Below are positions 32,549 through 42,830 of a DNA stretch of 64,000 nt, piece after piece; the stretch's first letter is position 1; every line of letters begins with the position of its first letter. The translations under genes and the position numbers were made by a program. This DNA is from Candidatus Bathyarchaeota archaeon (lineage in GTDB: Archaea; Thermoproteota; Bathyarchaeia; Bathyarchaeales; Bathycorpusculaceae). Location: positions 32,001-96,000 of the forward strand of contig CAWAKC010000002.1 of NCBI GenBank assembly GCA_963782525.1, in the 5' to 3' direction. The notes below the pieces were generated by a model. That model did no database searches and had not been told where the DNA came from. It worked only from the letters and a program-made list of their open reading frames with translations.

Positions 32549-32830
32549 GTGAGAAGTGAAGTAACCATTATAAAGGAAAATCGAAATATAGACTTCCATT
32601 CTTTTCAAGAACAGGCTACCACAGACAAATTAACAAAAAAAAGTATGCGTTTTGCAAGATGCGTCTGTGGATTCAAGATCTTAGTTGTTCCCGATTTGAA
32701 AGCGATGGATCGAGCCATAAAAAATCATGTTGCCCAACATAAAAAAACAAATGGTGCCCTGGGAAAATTAACACCTGCCAAACTGACAACGTTTTTGACT
32801 GAACAAGTCCTGGAAGCGGCAAGCAAATAA
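32549..32830 (+). CDS. CxC/HxxxH zinc-finger small protein (copy 4)
   Basis: ARCVCGFKILVVPDLKAMDRAIKNHVAQH...LTEQVL. Confidence 0.8.
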   Translation: MRSEVTIIKENRNIDFHSFQEQATTDKLTKKSMRFARCVCGFKILVVPDLKAMDRAIKNHVAQHKKTNGALGKLTPAKLTTFLTEQVLEAASK

Positions 32831-32920
32831 ATCTGTAACTGAAAAATTAATCGAACAATTACTTAGTCTTCTTCTAAATAGCGTTTAATGTAGCTTTCTT
32901 ATGTCAATACTTGAATGCTT

Positions 32921-33220
32921 TTAAGATATTGTAGAAATCATCAAGTAATCATTGTAATGTACTATTCGCAAATTGTGGCTTTTAACATAATTCTCTACTT
33001 CATCAATACAGGTTTCATATGCCAAAGATAAATTGGCTAAAACAACATACTCAGTTGTTCCAGAATCACTAAAGCCCCAAACGGCGAATGCCTTGAATAT
33101 TTTAGGGTGACAAACAGGAAATTTTTTTGAAAACTCTATTGCTTCAGCGAATATCACAAAAAATCTCCTTTTAAAAACTAGAATTTTGATGGAAAGGATT
33201 TTGAGAGATTTGGATGCCAA
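32921..33220 (-). CDS. Hypothetical protein downstream of wHTH
   Basis: ORF overlapping the wHTH 3' end on the same strand; start uncertain. Confidence 0.5.
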   Translation of the reverse strand: MASKSLKILSIKILVFKRRFFVIFAEAIEFSKKFPVCHPKIFKAFAVWGFSDSGTTEYVVLANLSLAYETCIDEVENYVKSHNLRIVHYNDYLMISTIS

Positions 33221-33507
33221 GATGGAGGGGGCCTAACGTCTGCTTCGTTAATAATTGAGAACACTTGACTAATTTCGCCGAAATAGTTCAATACTTTAAG
33301 GCCTCGTTCAGTGACTAAGAAGACGCCTCTATCCTTGCCGGTTGTTCGCTCTTCAACCAATTCTAGGCGAATTAAGTCATCAAGATCTTCCCTGAGTACG
33401 GTGCAATTGATATTGACCCTGTACATGAGGTGTGTCAGCTTTAGAGGACCTTCGTGAGCTAGGGTTTTGAGCAAATCAGCGTAAATTTCAAGTTTACTGC
33501 GTCGCAT
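33178..33507 (-). CDS. Small winged-helix regulator (RRSKLE family)
   Basis: MRRSKLEIYADLLKTLAHEGPLKLTHLMYRVNINC. Confidence 0.88.
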   Translation of the reverse strand: MRRSKLEIYADLLKTLAHEGPLKLTHLMYRVNINCTVLREDLDDLIRLELVEERTTGKDRGVFLVTERGLKVLNYFGEISQVFSIINEADVRPPPSWHPNLSKSFPSKF

Positions 33508-33582
33508 AGTAGTCTCTCCCTTACTCCCTTACTTGACTGAAAGATATTTATATACTTTATTATTTTTGTTGTTGCTTACGAC

Positions 33583-33596
33583 AAGCAAATATGCTT
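33583..33596. promoter_or_regulatory. Candidate operator palindrome AAGCA-AATA-TGCTT
   Basis: Perfect inverted repeat upstream of the minus-strand TATATAAA (~33547-33554) of the wHTH gene. Confidence 0.5.
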
Positions 33597-33866
33597 TTTG
33601 TAGACAAAAATAACTAAAACAAAAATTTTTGAATTGAAATAAATAAAATGGGCTAAAATTGTGGCATATTGAGAGTATAAAAAAACTGTGTTTGTGCGAA
33701 GATTGAATTTTTTTTTTTAAAAGAAAGCTTGTTTTAAGCAAAATATGGACTCATTTTTCTCCCCCAGACATATGCTAAGACGACTTTGCTATATAGCATA
33801 CAAACTCGATAAAATGTCCATAAACCAATGCTTATATATGGATTTACGCAACTATTAAGATGCAAG

Positions 33867-34661
33867 ATGGTTTCCTTGGAACATTTATCTTTACTCAGAT
33901 CAGAACTTAAACTCAAAATTTTGTTAAGTCTCTTTAACGGAAAGCGAAGAATAGCTGAGCTAAGATCTGACGTCGAAACGAGAGATACAACTATTCTTCA
34001 CATTCTCGAAGAATTTAGCGATCTCAATCTCATTACAAAAACTCAAGGCGTTTACACACTCTCGTCAATTGGAGTCATAGAAGCTAAAATTATTAAAGAA
34101 TACCTCTTAGCCGAAGAAGCGATTGAAAAATTTAAGGATTTTTGGTTGTCCCATAATGTCGATGATATACCTGCATACCTTCTTCAAAACATGGGCGCAC
34201 TAAAAGAGGCCCAATTAGTTAAGACTGGGGCAACAGAACTAGGAATTGTTCATAAAACAGTCCTTGAAGCCCTTAAAACATCCAAAAAGATCAAGGGAAT
34301 ATCTCCTATTTTCCATCAAGATTTCATTTCTTTATTCGGTCAACTGCTCGATCAAGGATGCACAATTGAATTAATCGTTAGCAGTGAAGTTCTAACGAAG
34401 ATTACAGGGTTTGTCGACACAGAGTTAGTCAAGAAATATTTGAAAGAGGACAAACTGCGGATTTATCTAAGAGAAGATGTTAAAGTTGCTCTAGCACTGA
34501 CGGAAAATAGTTTCTCACTTGGTCTTTTTTCGCCGTCGGGAATGTATGATGACCGTATGGATTTGCTGTCCGATAGCATTGAGTCGATCGAGTGGGGTGA
34601 GCGTCTTTTCGAAGATGTGGCTAGGCGCAGTACACGAGTTGGATTAGAGTTTCTTTCTTAA
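33867..34661 (+). CDS. wHTH plus DUF1724/FilR1-type transcriptional regulator
   Basis: RSELKLKILLSL HTH; FWLSHNVDDIP; IKGISPI; SLGLF...YD; IEWGERLF. Confidence 0.8.
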   Translation: MVSLEHLSLLRSELKLKILLSLFNGKRRIAELRSDVETRDTTILHILEEFSDLNLITKTQGVYTLSSIGVIEAKIIKEYLLAEEAIEKFKDFWLSHNVDDIPAYLLQNMGALKEAQLVKTGATELGIVHKTVLEALKTSKKIKGISPIFHQDFISLFGQLLDQGCTIELIVSSEVLTKITGFVDTELVKKYLKEDKLRIYLREDVKVALALTENSFSLGLFSPSGMYDDRMDLLSDSIESIEWGERLFEDVARRSTRVGLEFLS

Positions 34662-34820
34662 GTTTTATTTTGGGTTTTTGGAATTTGCGTTGTGTTTGAA
34701 TAGTTTTGATTTTCGAGTCTAATTTTCCTTAGAATGAAAGTTGCTTATCTTGAATATAGATTAGTGATTCATAAGTGTCATTACATACCTGAAATCTATA
34801 TTTAGCTGGAGAGAGGCAAA

Positions 34821-35735
34821 GTGAAAGACCAGACCTTTCACAGGGAATTAATAAAGGCACAAAAGCAGAAATTCGAAAATTTTACGTTCAATAAGACGTA
34901 TCTACCAATTTTTGGGGTCTTAAAGTTCATGACTTCAAGCTCCCTTCTTTTAGCTTTAAATGGAATGATGGTAGTTGTCTTTGGCTTTTTCTTGTATAGT
35001 TCAAGAATTATCCCTAGCTTACTTCTGGCCGCATTTCTGGTGACTTTTGCAGTTTACGGCTTAAACAAGGTCACAGATAAGTCTGAGGACTCAATTAATA
35101 AACCTGAAGCAACGTCTAGTTCTTCAGGATATTTCTTAACTTTCTCGATCATTTCAATGATAATTGGTTTTCTGATAGGTCTAGACCAGGGAGTTATGGC
35201 TTTCATAGTTCTTTTTACACCAGTCATAATAGGTGTAATTTACAGCGTTAAGATTTCAAAATCGGTCCCAAGACTTAAAGAAATTGTAGGCATAAAGAGC
35301 CTCGTAGTCGCTATAAGTTGGGCTTTAACAGGCTGTTTTTTACCCGAAGTTGATGTTGTTGTGAAACTTCAAGCAAGCCTTATTATTTTTACTTATATTT
35401 TTATTCGAATATTCGTCGGTACCATTCTTTGCGATGTCTTAGATAGTCAAGGTGATTTTTCGTCTGGAATAAAAACAATACCGATAAAACTTGGGAGAAA
35501 TAAAACCAAAAAGCTATTAATTGCTATGAATAGTTTAGGTATTTTTTTGTTGGTCTATTGTCAGTTAATGGGAATCTTTGTTCATTTCCTCCCTGCGCTC
35601 CTTTTTGGAGTTTTATACGGGTATTTTGCCATCTGGTATTTCTTTAGGGATAACTGCAAAAGATTTACTGGGGGATTAATATTGGATGGAGAATGGTTTC
35701 CTATAGTTATCATCGTCTGCTTACTTATCAGGTAA
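34821..35735 (+). CDS. UbiA family prenyltransferase
   Basis: Multi-TM protein with NKVTDKSEDSINKPE and DVLDSQGD...GIKTIP acidic motifs. Confidence 0.88.
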   Translation: MKDQTFHRELIKAQKQKFENFTFNKTYLPIFGVLKFMTSSSLLLALNGMMVVVFGFFLYSSRIIPSLLLAAFLVTFAVYGLNKVTDKSEDSINKPEATSSSSGYFLTFSIISMIIGFLIGLDQGVMAFIVLFTPVIIGVIYSVKISKSVPRLKEIVGIKSLVVAISWALTGCFLPEVDVVVKLQASLIIFTYIFIRIFVGTILCDVLDSQGDFSSGIKTIPIKLGRNKTKKLLIAMNSLGIFLLVYCQLMGIFVHFLPALLFGVLYGYFAIWYFFRDNCKRFTGGLILDGEWFPIVIIVCLLIR

Positions 35736-35950
35736 CAATATGTTTCTTCTTTGTTTGAATGTTTGTTCAATTATGCTAATTCTTGAATTTGCTCATTTCC
35801 TTCCTCAGAATCTGTGGGCTTAGTTATGAGTGCCCATTAGTCAGCAGAGTTCATTCAAATTGGAACGCGTGTGTCATTGTTTTTGTTAAATCCCGTCATA
35901 TATAGCGAATCGTAATGTTGTTGATATTAGCCTAAACCAGTTATATTGCC

Positions 35951-36613
35951 TTGCAGAACAAAAAAGTCATAACGCTCTGGAGAAGGTTGAACGATATGAC
36001 TGTAACAGAAATGCTGCTTTCCGCAAAGCTGAAGGAAGCTGAACCAACCTTGGATTTGCTTGGTGCGGATCGGAAGGTACTGAAAATTGCTTACCAGGAT
36101 TTCAAGAACTACGAGAAATTCCTCTCTTTTAAATCAGACAAAACTCTGGAAAGCCCAGAAAGTACTCAAGTCAAGATGCAAGTGCCTGAAAAGGAATACT
36201 TGGAAGAAGTTGGGGCGTTTTTAAGTGCTTGGACAAACTTTTGGCTCAAGAAGTGGAAACAGCGATTTAGCCTCATCTTGGGACAAACCGACGTCAAACA
36301 ACAAAATGCTCCTCCAGAAGCAACAGCTAAAGCACAAACCGCTTGGACAAAGCTTACAGCAAGAGAAGAGATGATTGAAATGATTGCCTTTACCTTAATC
36401 AAAAACTCTGAGGTTTGCGGAACCTCAATCATAGCAGGGGATATTCTGAGAAGCGAATTACTTAAAAACCCTGACTTAGACGTCGATTGCGCTAAGCAAG
36501 TCTTGACTCTTCTAAATACAGCATTAATTAGAGCTCACGAGACTTCGAAAAGAGCAGGTCCATTCGTAGGTATCAAGGTTGACAAAAACTACTACTGTGA
36601 ATCCTGTCGTTAA
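35951..36613 (+). CDS. Hypothetical protein
   Basis: 220-aa ORF, helical-looking, ending YYCESCR. Confidence 0.7.
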   Translation: MQNKKVITLWRRLNDMTVTEMLLSAKLKEAEPTLDLLGADRKVLKIAYQDFKNYEKFLSFKSDKTLESPESTQVKMQVPEKEYLEEVGAFLSAWTNFWLKKWKQRFSLILGQTDVKQQNAPPEATAKAQTAWTKLTAREEMIEMIAFTLIKNSEVCGTSIIAGDILRSELLKNPDLDVDCAKQVLTLLNTALIRAHETSKRAGPFVGIKVDKNYYCESCR

Positions 36614-36982
36614 AAAAAACTTTAATTCGAGAAAATTTTTCTTTCTTTTGTTTTACATATCTTTTTAACCTGTCTTTTCCAAACGATAATAAATTTTCCT
36701 TTCAATGCTGCGATACTTTGTTTTGAAAAAATACCTCTCTTCAGTCTTCATCCCTCAATCAATTCTTCATTTCAGTCAAAAACTCTTTTAGAAAAAATAG
36801 GCGAGCAAGGAAAAAAAGCTCCTAATAGTTAGCTAAAAAAATCAGCTCTTGATTTATTTTTTTTGGATTATCAATATAGAATATTGTTTCATGGATCTTA
36901 AATATGACTTCTGGCAAGATTAGCATCAGGATTTAACGCTAACTCAAAAAACTGATAAGGAAAAAGGTAAAGAGAGATAATC

Positions 36983-39900
36983 ATGAGAAGAATAACTAAA
37001 TTTAAGCGGTCAGTTCGAGCTATTTCGCCAGTTATTGCTACATTGTTGATGATTGCCATCGCAGTTGTAGCTTCACTTATAGTCTATGCGTGGGTAACCG
37101 GTTATATCGGCGGAACCACGGTAAAAGCATCCAATAGTATGCTTATTCAAAGTACAAGCAGACAAGGAACAAGTCTATTTGTTTACGTCCAGAATGTTGG
37201 TCAAGGTGATCTCGAACTTAAGCAATCACAAAGTGTTTACGTCAATAGTGTTTTGGAAAGTATCAAAACTAGTACACCAGCAATTTCATCAACAGGTTCG
37301 GTGTCATTTTCTCCTGGAACAACCGTTACCCTTGAAATTGATATGGGTGTTCAACCCGTTGCAAACGAAAAACTTACCATCAAAATAACCGCAACCGACG
37401 GAACATTCGCAGAATACACAACAAACGGACTAAGCACGGTTTCAACCGGAACTTTCCCAACTGGACCAACATCCAGTTACTCTATGACCGCTTCAACAGT
37501 AACTGTCGGCCAGCCTGTAACGTTTACTGATGCTTCAACTGCAGGCAGTGTATCCATTACTCAGTGGTCTTGGAACTTTGGCAGCGGTGCGTCACTAGCA
37601 ACAAGTGGCGTTCAGAATCCACCTGCGGTGTCTTATTCAGCTGCCGGAACCAAAACCGTTTCTCTCACGGTAACTGATTCAAACGCCAAAACAAGCACCA
37701 CAACAAAAACAATAGTTGTAAGTGACTTTGCCTCGCCAACTGCCTCTTTTACCTGGACTCCGCTTGCACCTGCAACCAATTCACCTGTAACATTCAGCGA
37801 TGCTTCAACTGCGGGTAGCGGAACGATTAATCAGTGGTCTTGGAACTTTGGAGCCAATTCTAACCCAGCAACCAGTACATCCCGTACCCCAAACACTGTG
37901 TCCTATTCCTCCGCTAACCAAAAAACTGTCTCTCTAACAATAACTGATTCCAATGGAAAAACTAGTACTTCAACACGACAAATAAACGTTGGAAACGTTA
38001 ATTTACCAACTGCTGAATTCACAACGTCGAATTCTAACCCGAATGTAGGTCAAACTATAACTTTCACCGACGTTTCCATTCCAGGGTCATCAGGCACAAT
38101 TAACCAATGGTCTTGGAACTTTGGCGACGGGACACCTACAGGCGCAGTCCAAAACCCAACACACTCATATACTACTCCGGGCACAAAAACTGTTACTTTA
38201 ACTGTTACTGACTCCCTTAGCCAAAAGAGCATAGTCACCCATACTATAGACGTCAACGACTACGCATCACCCACTGCAAGTTTCACTTACACTCCAGCAT
38301 TGCTGACTGTCGGTCAACTTGTGACATTTACAGATGCTTCTGTTGCGGGAAGCGGAACGATTAGTCAGTGGTCTTGGAACTTTGGCAGTGGTGCTTCAAT
38401 AGCAACAAGTAATGTTCAGAATCCACCTGCAATTTCCTATTCGGCTGCCGGATCAAAAACCGTTTCTTTAATGGTTACTGACTCAAACGCCAAAACAAGT
38501 ACCACAACACAAACAATATCAGTGAATTCACCAACCCCAACGGGCGATGTTGAACTCATAATTGCTACACCATCTTCTGCAACAGCCGGTACCGCTTTCA
38601 GCGCCACAATAACTGCCAGAGATGAATCAGGAAACCTACTTACAGGCTATGCAGGCACAATTACCTTCACATCATCCGACGGTCAGGCAATTCTACCGGG
38701 TCCTTCTTTTCTTACATCTGGCACAGGAACTTTCCCTGTCACGTTGAAGACTGTTGGCTCTGAAACAATTACCGTGAGCGATGGAACAGCAACTAGTACT
38801 AGTGGTGTCATAGCCGTTAATCCTGCTCCAGCTTCAAAACTCGTCTACACAGCGGGCGCAGGCCAATCGGTAACCGTTAGTGACGTTTCGTCGATAATTA
38901 CAGTACAAAGACAGGACCAGTACGGTAATCCCGCAACCACTGGAGCTATACAAATGACGATAACTTCAACTTCTGGTAACAACGGACATTTCTACTCCGA
39001 TTCGGGTGGACATAATGGGATAACCCAACCGGTTACCATTCCAGATGGTTCTAGCACTTACAACTTCTACTATAGTGACAGCAGTGCCAGCTCCACACCA
39101 ACTCTTACAGCTGCTTCCAATGGATTAACTTCAGCAACAACTCAATTCACAATTAACACAAATCAACTCGTCTTTACTGGTGGTGCTCCTCAGACCATAC
39201 CTGCTGGAACCATGTCAAACACAATCACAATTGAACGACAAAATACTAATGGAAATCATTACTCTACAGGCGCGATCACGGTGACGCTCAGCACGTCATC
39301 AAGTACTGGCGCTTTCTATGCAACTCAAAATAGCAACACTCCTCTTAGTCCTGCTCAAGTTTCAATAGCTAACAATGCTTACTCAGCTACCTTCTACTAT
39401 AAGGACACTGCTCAGGGCACTCCAACGATTACGGTGTCCGCTTCGGGATACACGCCTGACACTGCAATATTCATCATTACTGGACCAGCAACTCAACTTA
39501 AATTTACGGCGGGAACAAGTCAATCCCTATACACTGGCCAAGTTTCATCCGTAATTACAGTTGCTCAGCAAGATGCAAACGGTAACGCAATCAACGCAGC
39601 AGCGACCTTAACTGTTAATTTAGCTGCCACATCGACGACGGGGGCGTTCTACAGCAATTCACAAGGAACTGGAACTCCAATAGCCACCGTTACCATTGGG
39701 TCTGGTCACAGTTCAACTAGCTTCTACTACAAAGACACAGCGGCAGGTGCCCCAACCATCACAGCCTCATCCGCAGGTCTAACTTCGGCGACAACCACAT
39801 TCACTATCAAATCAAACCAAGTTCCAGACGGAGGATTTGATCAAAGCGGAAACAACAGTCCATGGAAAGATACTAGTACAAATGGTGCTTACGCAACAAA

Positions 39901-40423
39901 TCATGAAACAAGCGATACAGCACCCAATAACTGGGGTCCATACGCAGAATTAGAAACTGTCCAACCAGGCTTTTCGGGTACAGGATCCGGAGCTTTGACA
40001 AGCACCTTTAGCCCGGCAATGGCAATTAGCTCAATCCCCAACTCTGCTGGCTCACTCTCAATGATAATCTACAACAATGGATACAATGGCCCAGGTCTTT
40101 CAGGAGGAACTGGCTACTACTCTTTCCAGATAACTTTGACAGCAAGCGACGGTACACAATTGATCTATTGGTGGGGGAGCAATCCAGCCACAGCACCAAC
40201 GCAAACAGGCACTGTAAAGGTCATTAGCTTGGGAACTATCCAAGGCACGTTCACAGCTGGACAGTGGGTACAATTCAGCAGCAACTTACGCGCTGACTGG
40301 ACAAACGCAGGGCTATCATCATCCGCAACATTGACAAGCATTGCTCTAATATGCAACGGCTACCACACAGGCAACAGCCAATACGGACAAGAACTATTCA
40401 TCGACAACGTAGCTATCCAATAA
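36983..40423 (+). CDS. Giant type IV pilin-like adhesin with four PKD domains and further Ig-like repeats
   Basis: KRSVRA/ISPVIATLLMIAIAVVASL signal; 4x QWSWNFG...TVSLTVTDS; 3x FYY(K/S)D..G.PTIT repeats. Confidence 0.9.
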   Translation: MRRITKFKRSVRAISPVIATLLMIAIAVVASLIVYAWVTGYIGGTTVKASNSMLIQSTSRQGTSLFVYVQNVGQGDLELKQSQSVYVNSVLESIKTSTPAISSTGSVSFSPGTTVTLEIDMGVQPVANEKLTIKITATDGTFAEYTTNGLSTVSTGTFPTGPTSSYSMTASTVTVGQPVTFTDASTAGSVSITQWSWNFGSGASLATSGVQNPPAVSYSAAGTKTVSLTVTDSNAKTSTTTKTIVVSDFASPTASFTWTPLAPATNSPVTFSDASTAGSGTINQWSWNFGANSNPATSTSRTPNTVSYSSANQKTVSLTITDSNGKTSTSTRQINVGNVNLPTAEFTTSNSNPNVGQTITFTDVSIPGSSGTINQWSWNFGDGTPTGAVQNPTHSYTTPGTKTVTLTVTDSLSQKSIVTHTIDVNDYASPTASFTYTPALLTVGQLVTFTDASVAGSGTISQWSWNFGSGASIATSNVQNPPAISYSAAGSKTVSLMVTDSNAKTSTTTQTISVNSPTPTGDVELIIATPSSATAGTAFSATITARDESGNLLTGYAGTITFTSSDGQAILPGPSFLTSGTGTFPVTLKTVGSETITVSDGTATSTSGVIAVNPAPASKLVYTAGAGQSVTVSDVSSIITVQRQDQYGNPATTGAIQMTITSTSGNNGHFYSDSGGHNGITQPVTIPDGSSTYNFYYSDSSASSTPTLTAASNGLTSATTQFTINTNQLVFTGGAPQTIPAGTMSNTITIERQNTNGNHYSTGAITVTLSTSSSTGAFYATQNSNTPLSPAQVSIANNAYSATFYYKDTAQGTPTITVSASGYTPDTAIFIITGPATQLKFTAGTSQSLYTGQVSSVITVAQQDANGNAINAAATLTVNLAATSTTGAFYSNSQGTGTPIATVTIGSGHSSTSFYYKDTAAGAPTITASSAGLTSATTTFTIKSNQVPDGGFDQSGNNSPWKDTSTNGAYATNHETSDTAPNNWGPYAELETVQPGFSGTGSGALTSTFSPAMAISSIPNSAGSLSMIIYNNGYNGPGLSGGTGYYSFQITLTASDGTQLIYWWGSNPATAPTQTGTVKVISLGTIQGTFTAGQWVQFSSNLRADWTNAGLSSSATLTSIALICNGYHTGNSQYGQELFIDNVAIQ
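37480..38520 (+). repeat. Four intragenic PKD-coding repeats
   Basis: cagtggtcttggaactttgg-type core recurs near 37562, 37832, 38105 and 38366; repeats 1 and 4 are very similar at DNA level. Confidence 0.85.
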
Positions 40424-40597
40424 TTCGCCAAAACAATCTTCTTTTCTTTATTTTCTTTTATTAAAAAAATCAATAACGAACAATTAAACACTTCAAACCC
40501 CAAATGAACGACGAGTTTGTTGACGTTAACACGTAATAATATTTTTTAAAAGCCTAAATTTTTAATTAAATCAATTTTACAAAACATATCTTTGAAA

Positions 40598-40867
40598 CTA
40601 ATAAGATACAGTTTTGCGATTATCGTTTTCCAAATGCCTGCGGTTATAAATAATGTACCCAAAGAAGTATGCTGAACCCAAAATCAGAAATGCGCTATCT
40701 AAAGAATTTGGGAAAGAGGGAAAATAAACCCAATGATTAAAGAACGTCACAAACTTCAAAGCGATTCCTACGGTGCCAAAGAAAAATATCAAAAGTAATA
40801 AAAAACTAAGAAACTCTTTCCTACTTTTATAGAAAGCCTTCATATTTTTATGCCCACCTGTGTACAA
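40598..40867 (-). CDS. Small two-TM membrane protein
   Basis: Two hydrophobic segments. Confidence 0.55.
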   Translation of the reverse strand: MYTGGHKNMKAFYKSRKEFLSFLLLLIFFFGTVGIALKFVTFFNHWVYFPSFPNSLDSAFLILGSAYFFGYIIYNRRHLENDNRKTVSY

Positions 40868-41046
40868 AAACAGCCTTGCCTTCTTGCAAAGGACCGCTAG
40901 TCACCATTGGATAACTGGAACAAAAATGTTTGTGGCAACACTGTAACAATCACAACAAATAGGAAATGGAAATTTTCACATTCAGTTCGTTAGAAAACTT
41001 TTTTCTTTAATTCCCACATCAAATCCAAACTAAGCAAAAATGTTGA

Positions 41047-41235
41047 CTAAACTTTCGCTTTGCATCCTTTGCTTAGATAACAGGCCAGGCAATTTTTTTC
41101 TTCGCCAGTATTCCAACAGATCCTTGTGCTTTTTTGAATGGGCGTTTCTAGATCCTGTATGCTTGAAGAGATAATTATGAGGTCTTTAGAGCTTTCTTGC
41201 TGAGTCTGGCTATTTGAGTGTGACATATGCTTCAT
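41047..41235 (-). CDS. Small Cys-motif protein
   Basis: C-terminal CWNTGEEKNCLACYLSKGC; TATA-like CTTATAT upstream. Confidence 0.5.
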   Translation of the reverse strand: MKHMSHSNSQTQQESSKDLIIISSSIQDLETPIQKSTRICWNTGEEKNCLACYLSKGCKAKV

Positions 41236-41418
41236 CTTTAGTGTGCAAATTAGATATAAGTCTTTTGTTTATTAAGAAACAATATTTGATATTCATATCG
41301 GATTCGTATCCACAACTTTGCACTTTTGCACGCTCAAACTCGATAAAATCTTTTTGCCTATTTGAGTGAGAAATGTTGAGTTGTTTTTGGGTGAAGAATA
41401 AAAGTTTAGGGTGCCCAG

Positions 41419-41775
41419 CTAATATTGAAGTGAAGTTTTGCCGCTGAAAGGAGTTGCAGAGTAATACAATTTGACATTTCTTTTTGGGCCCTGGTCATTT
41501 TCGCATAATAAATCAACAACACCTTGTTGCCTCTGTAAGAATTCTAAGCCTTTGGTCGTTGGCATATACATAGATTTTCCATTGAGCGATATTTTTTCAA
41601 GAAGGGCTGTTTTCAAAAGTAACGATATGTATTGGTTTAGTTGGCTGAAACTTAGGTTTGCCTTGAACATGATTTGAGTTTTCGAGCTTCCTTTTCTAGT
41701 AATATTTATTATTTCTGCTATTATTATGAGCCTGTCACGTCTTTTGGGTTGGTTATTGATTATCTGGACCGTCAT
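41419..41775 (-). CDS. Small winged-helix regulator (ArnR1-like)
   Basis: RRDRLIIIAEII...KTQIMFKANLSFSQLNQYISLL...TTKGLEFL. Confidence 0.85.
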   Translation of the reverse strand: MTVQIINNQPKRRDRLIIIAEIINITRKGSSKTQIMFKANLSFSQLNQYISLLLKTALLEKISLNGKSMYMPTTKGLEFLQRQQGVVDLLCENDQGPKRNVKLYYSATPFSGKTSLQY

Positions 41776-42023
41776 TAGTATTCCTCTTCTAGAGGTTAGT
41801 TCTATGCTACTTGAGATGGTTAATTTGTATTATAAGCCATGTTTCACTTATCTTAATATATCAGAATTGGGAATATGGCGTTAATTCTCCTAAAGAGGAA
41901 TTGACCTAAATAAAATGATTAGAAGCCACAGGTCAATGATTTAATAAAGGGTTTGATCAAAAGAAATTTTGAACACCCAACGGACGCCTTACACCTCTTA
42001 AAATTGGTAAATTTTTTTCAGCG

Positions 42024-42713
42024 TTATGTTCCTTCTTTGGAGGTTAGGAATTCTTTAACTTTGTTTGAAGCATCTGCTTTGAGAATGTCGCCGTGACCAG
42101 GCAGCATAACTTTAAAGTCTAAAGTTGCGAGCTTGGCGATAGACTGCTGCTCTTTTACCTCATCCCAAACGTACTGTTTAGGTCCAGCGACAACTTTGTC
42201 GCCGTCAAGGCGTAATGTGTCTCCTGAAAAGAGAACTTTTTTGTTGTCTTCGTAGAGGAATATGCTTCCCGGAGTATGACCTGGTGCTATAATGACGGTT
42301 AAGTTACCTATTTTATCGCCGTCTTTAAGGTTGATTTCAACGTTTGTTGGCGTTATTTTGATGAGTGATGACGCTGCTCGCATCAGAAGGTTTTTTGGTT
42401 TTGGATAGGGTTTTGCGCCTGAAATAACTTCTCCGTCTTCCGCTGACGCGGCTACTTTGGCGTTGGTTATGTCTTTGAGGTCTTTGACGCTGCCAGAATG
42501 GTCCATGTGAAAATGGGTTAAGATAATGGTTGAGACTTCGCTGGGTTGGTGACCGATTTTTTGGATGTACTCGACGATTTTCTTTGCGTTTCCTGGAGTT
42601 CCAGTGTCAACTACGAAGAGTTCTTTTCCGTTAATTATCAGGTAAACGTTGCTATGTGCCATGTTGTTGCTTGCTTCATCTATTCTGTGAATGCCTTCAA
42701 TAATCTCCATCAA
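42024..42713 (-). CDS. MBL-fold metallo-hydrolase
   Basis: THFHMDH, PGHTPG, GD, PGHG motifs. Confidence 0.92.
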   Translation of the reverse strand: MMEIIEGIHRIDEASNNMAHSNVYLIINGKELFVVDTGTPGNAKKIVEYIQKIGHQPSEVSTIILTHFHMDHSGSVKDLKDITNAKVAASAEDGEVISGAKPYPKPKNLLMRAASSLIKITPTNVEINLKDGDKIGNLTVIIAPGHTPGSIFLYEDNKKVLFSGDTLRLDGDKVVAGPKQYVWDEVKEQQSIAKLATLDFKVMLPGHGDILKADASNKVKEFLTSKEGT

Positions 42714-42830
42714 AAAACCTCTGTTTATAATAAAATGGTTAGTTTCACGGAATATAAAAAGTAATTGAAACTTCTATTTAGTATAGGCTAAGATAAATTG
42801 AAGATCAGCGTTAAAGTCAACCGATGACTA

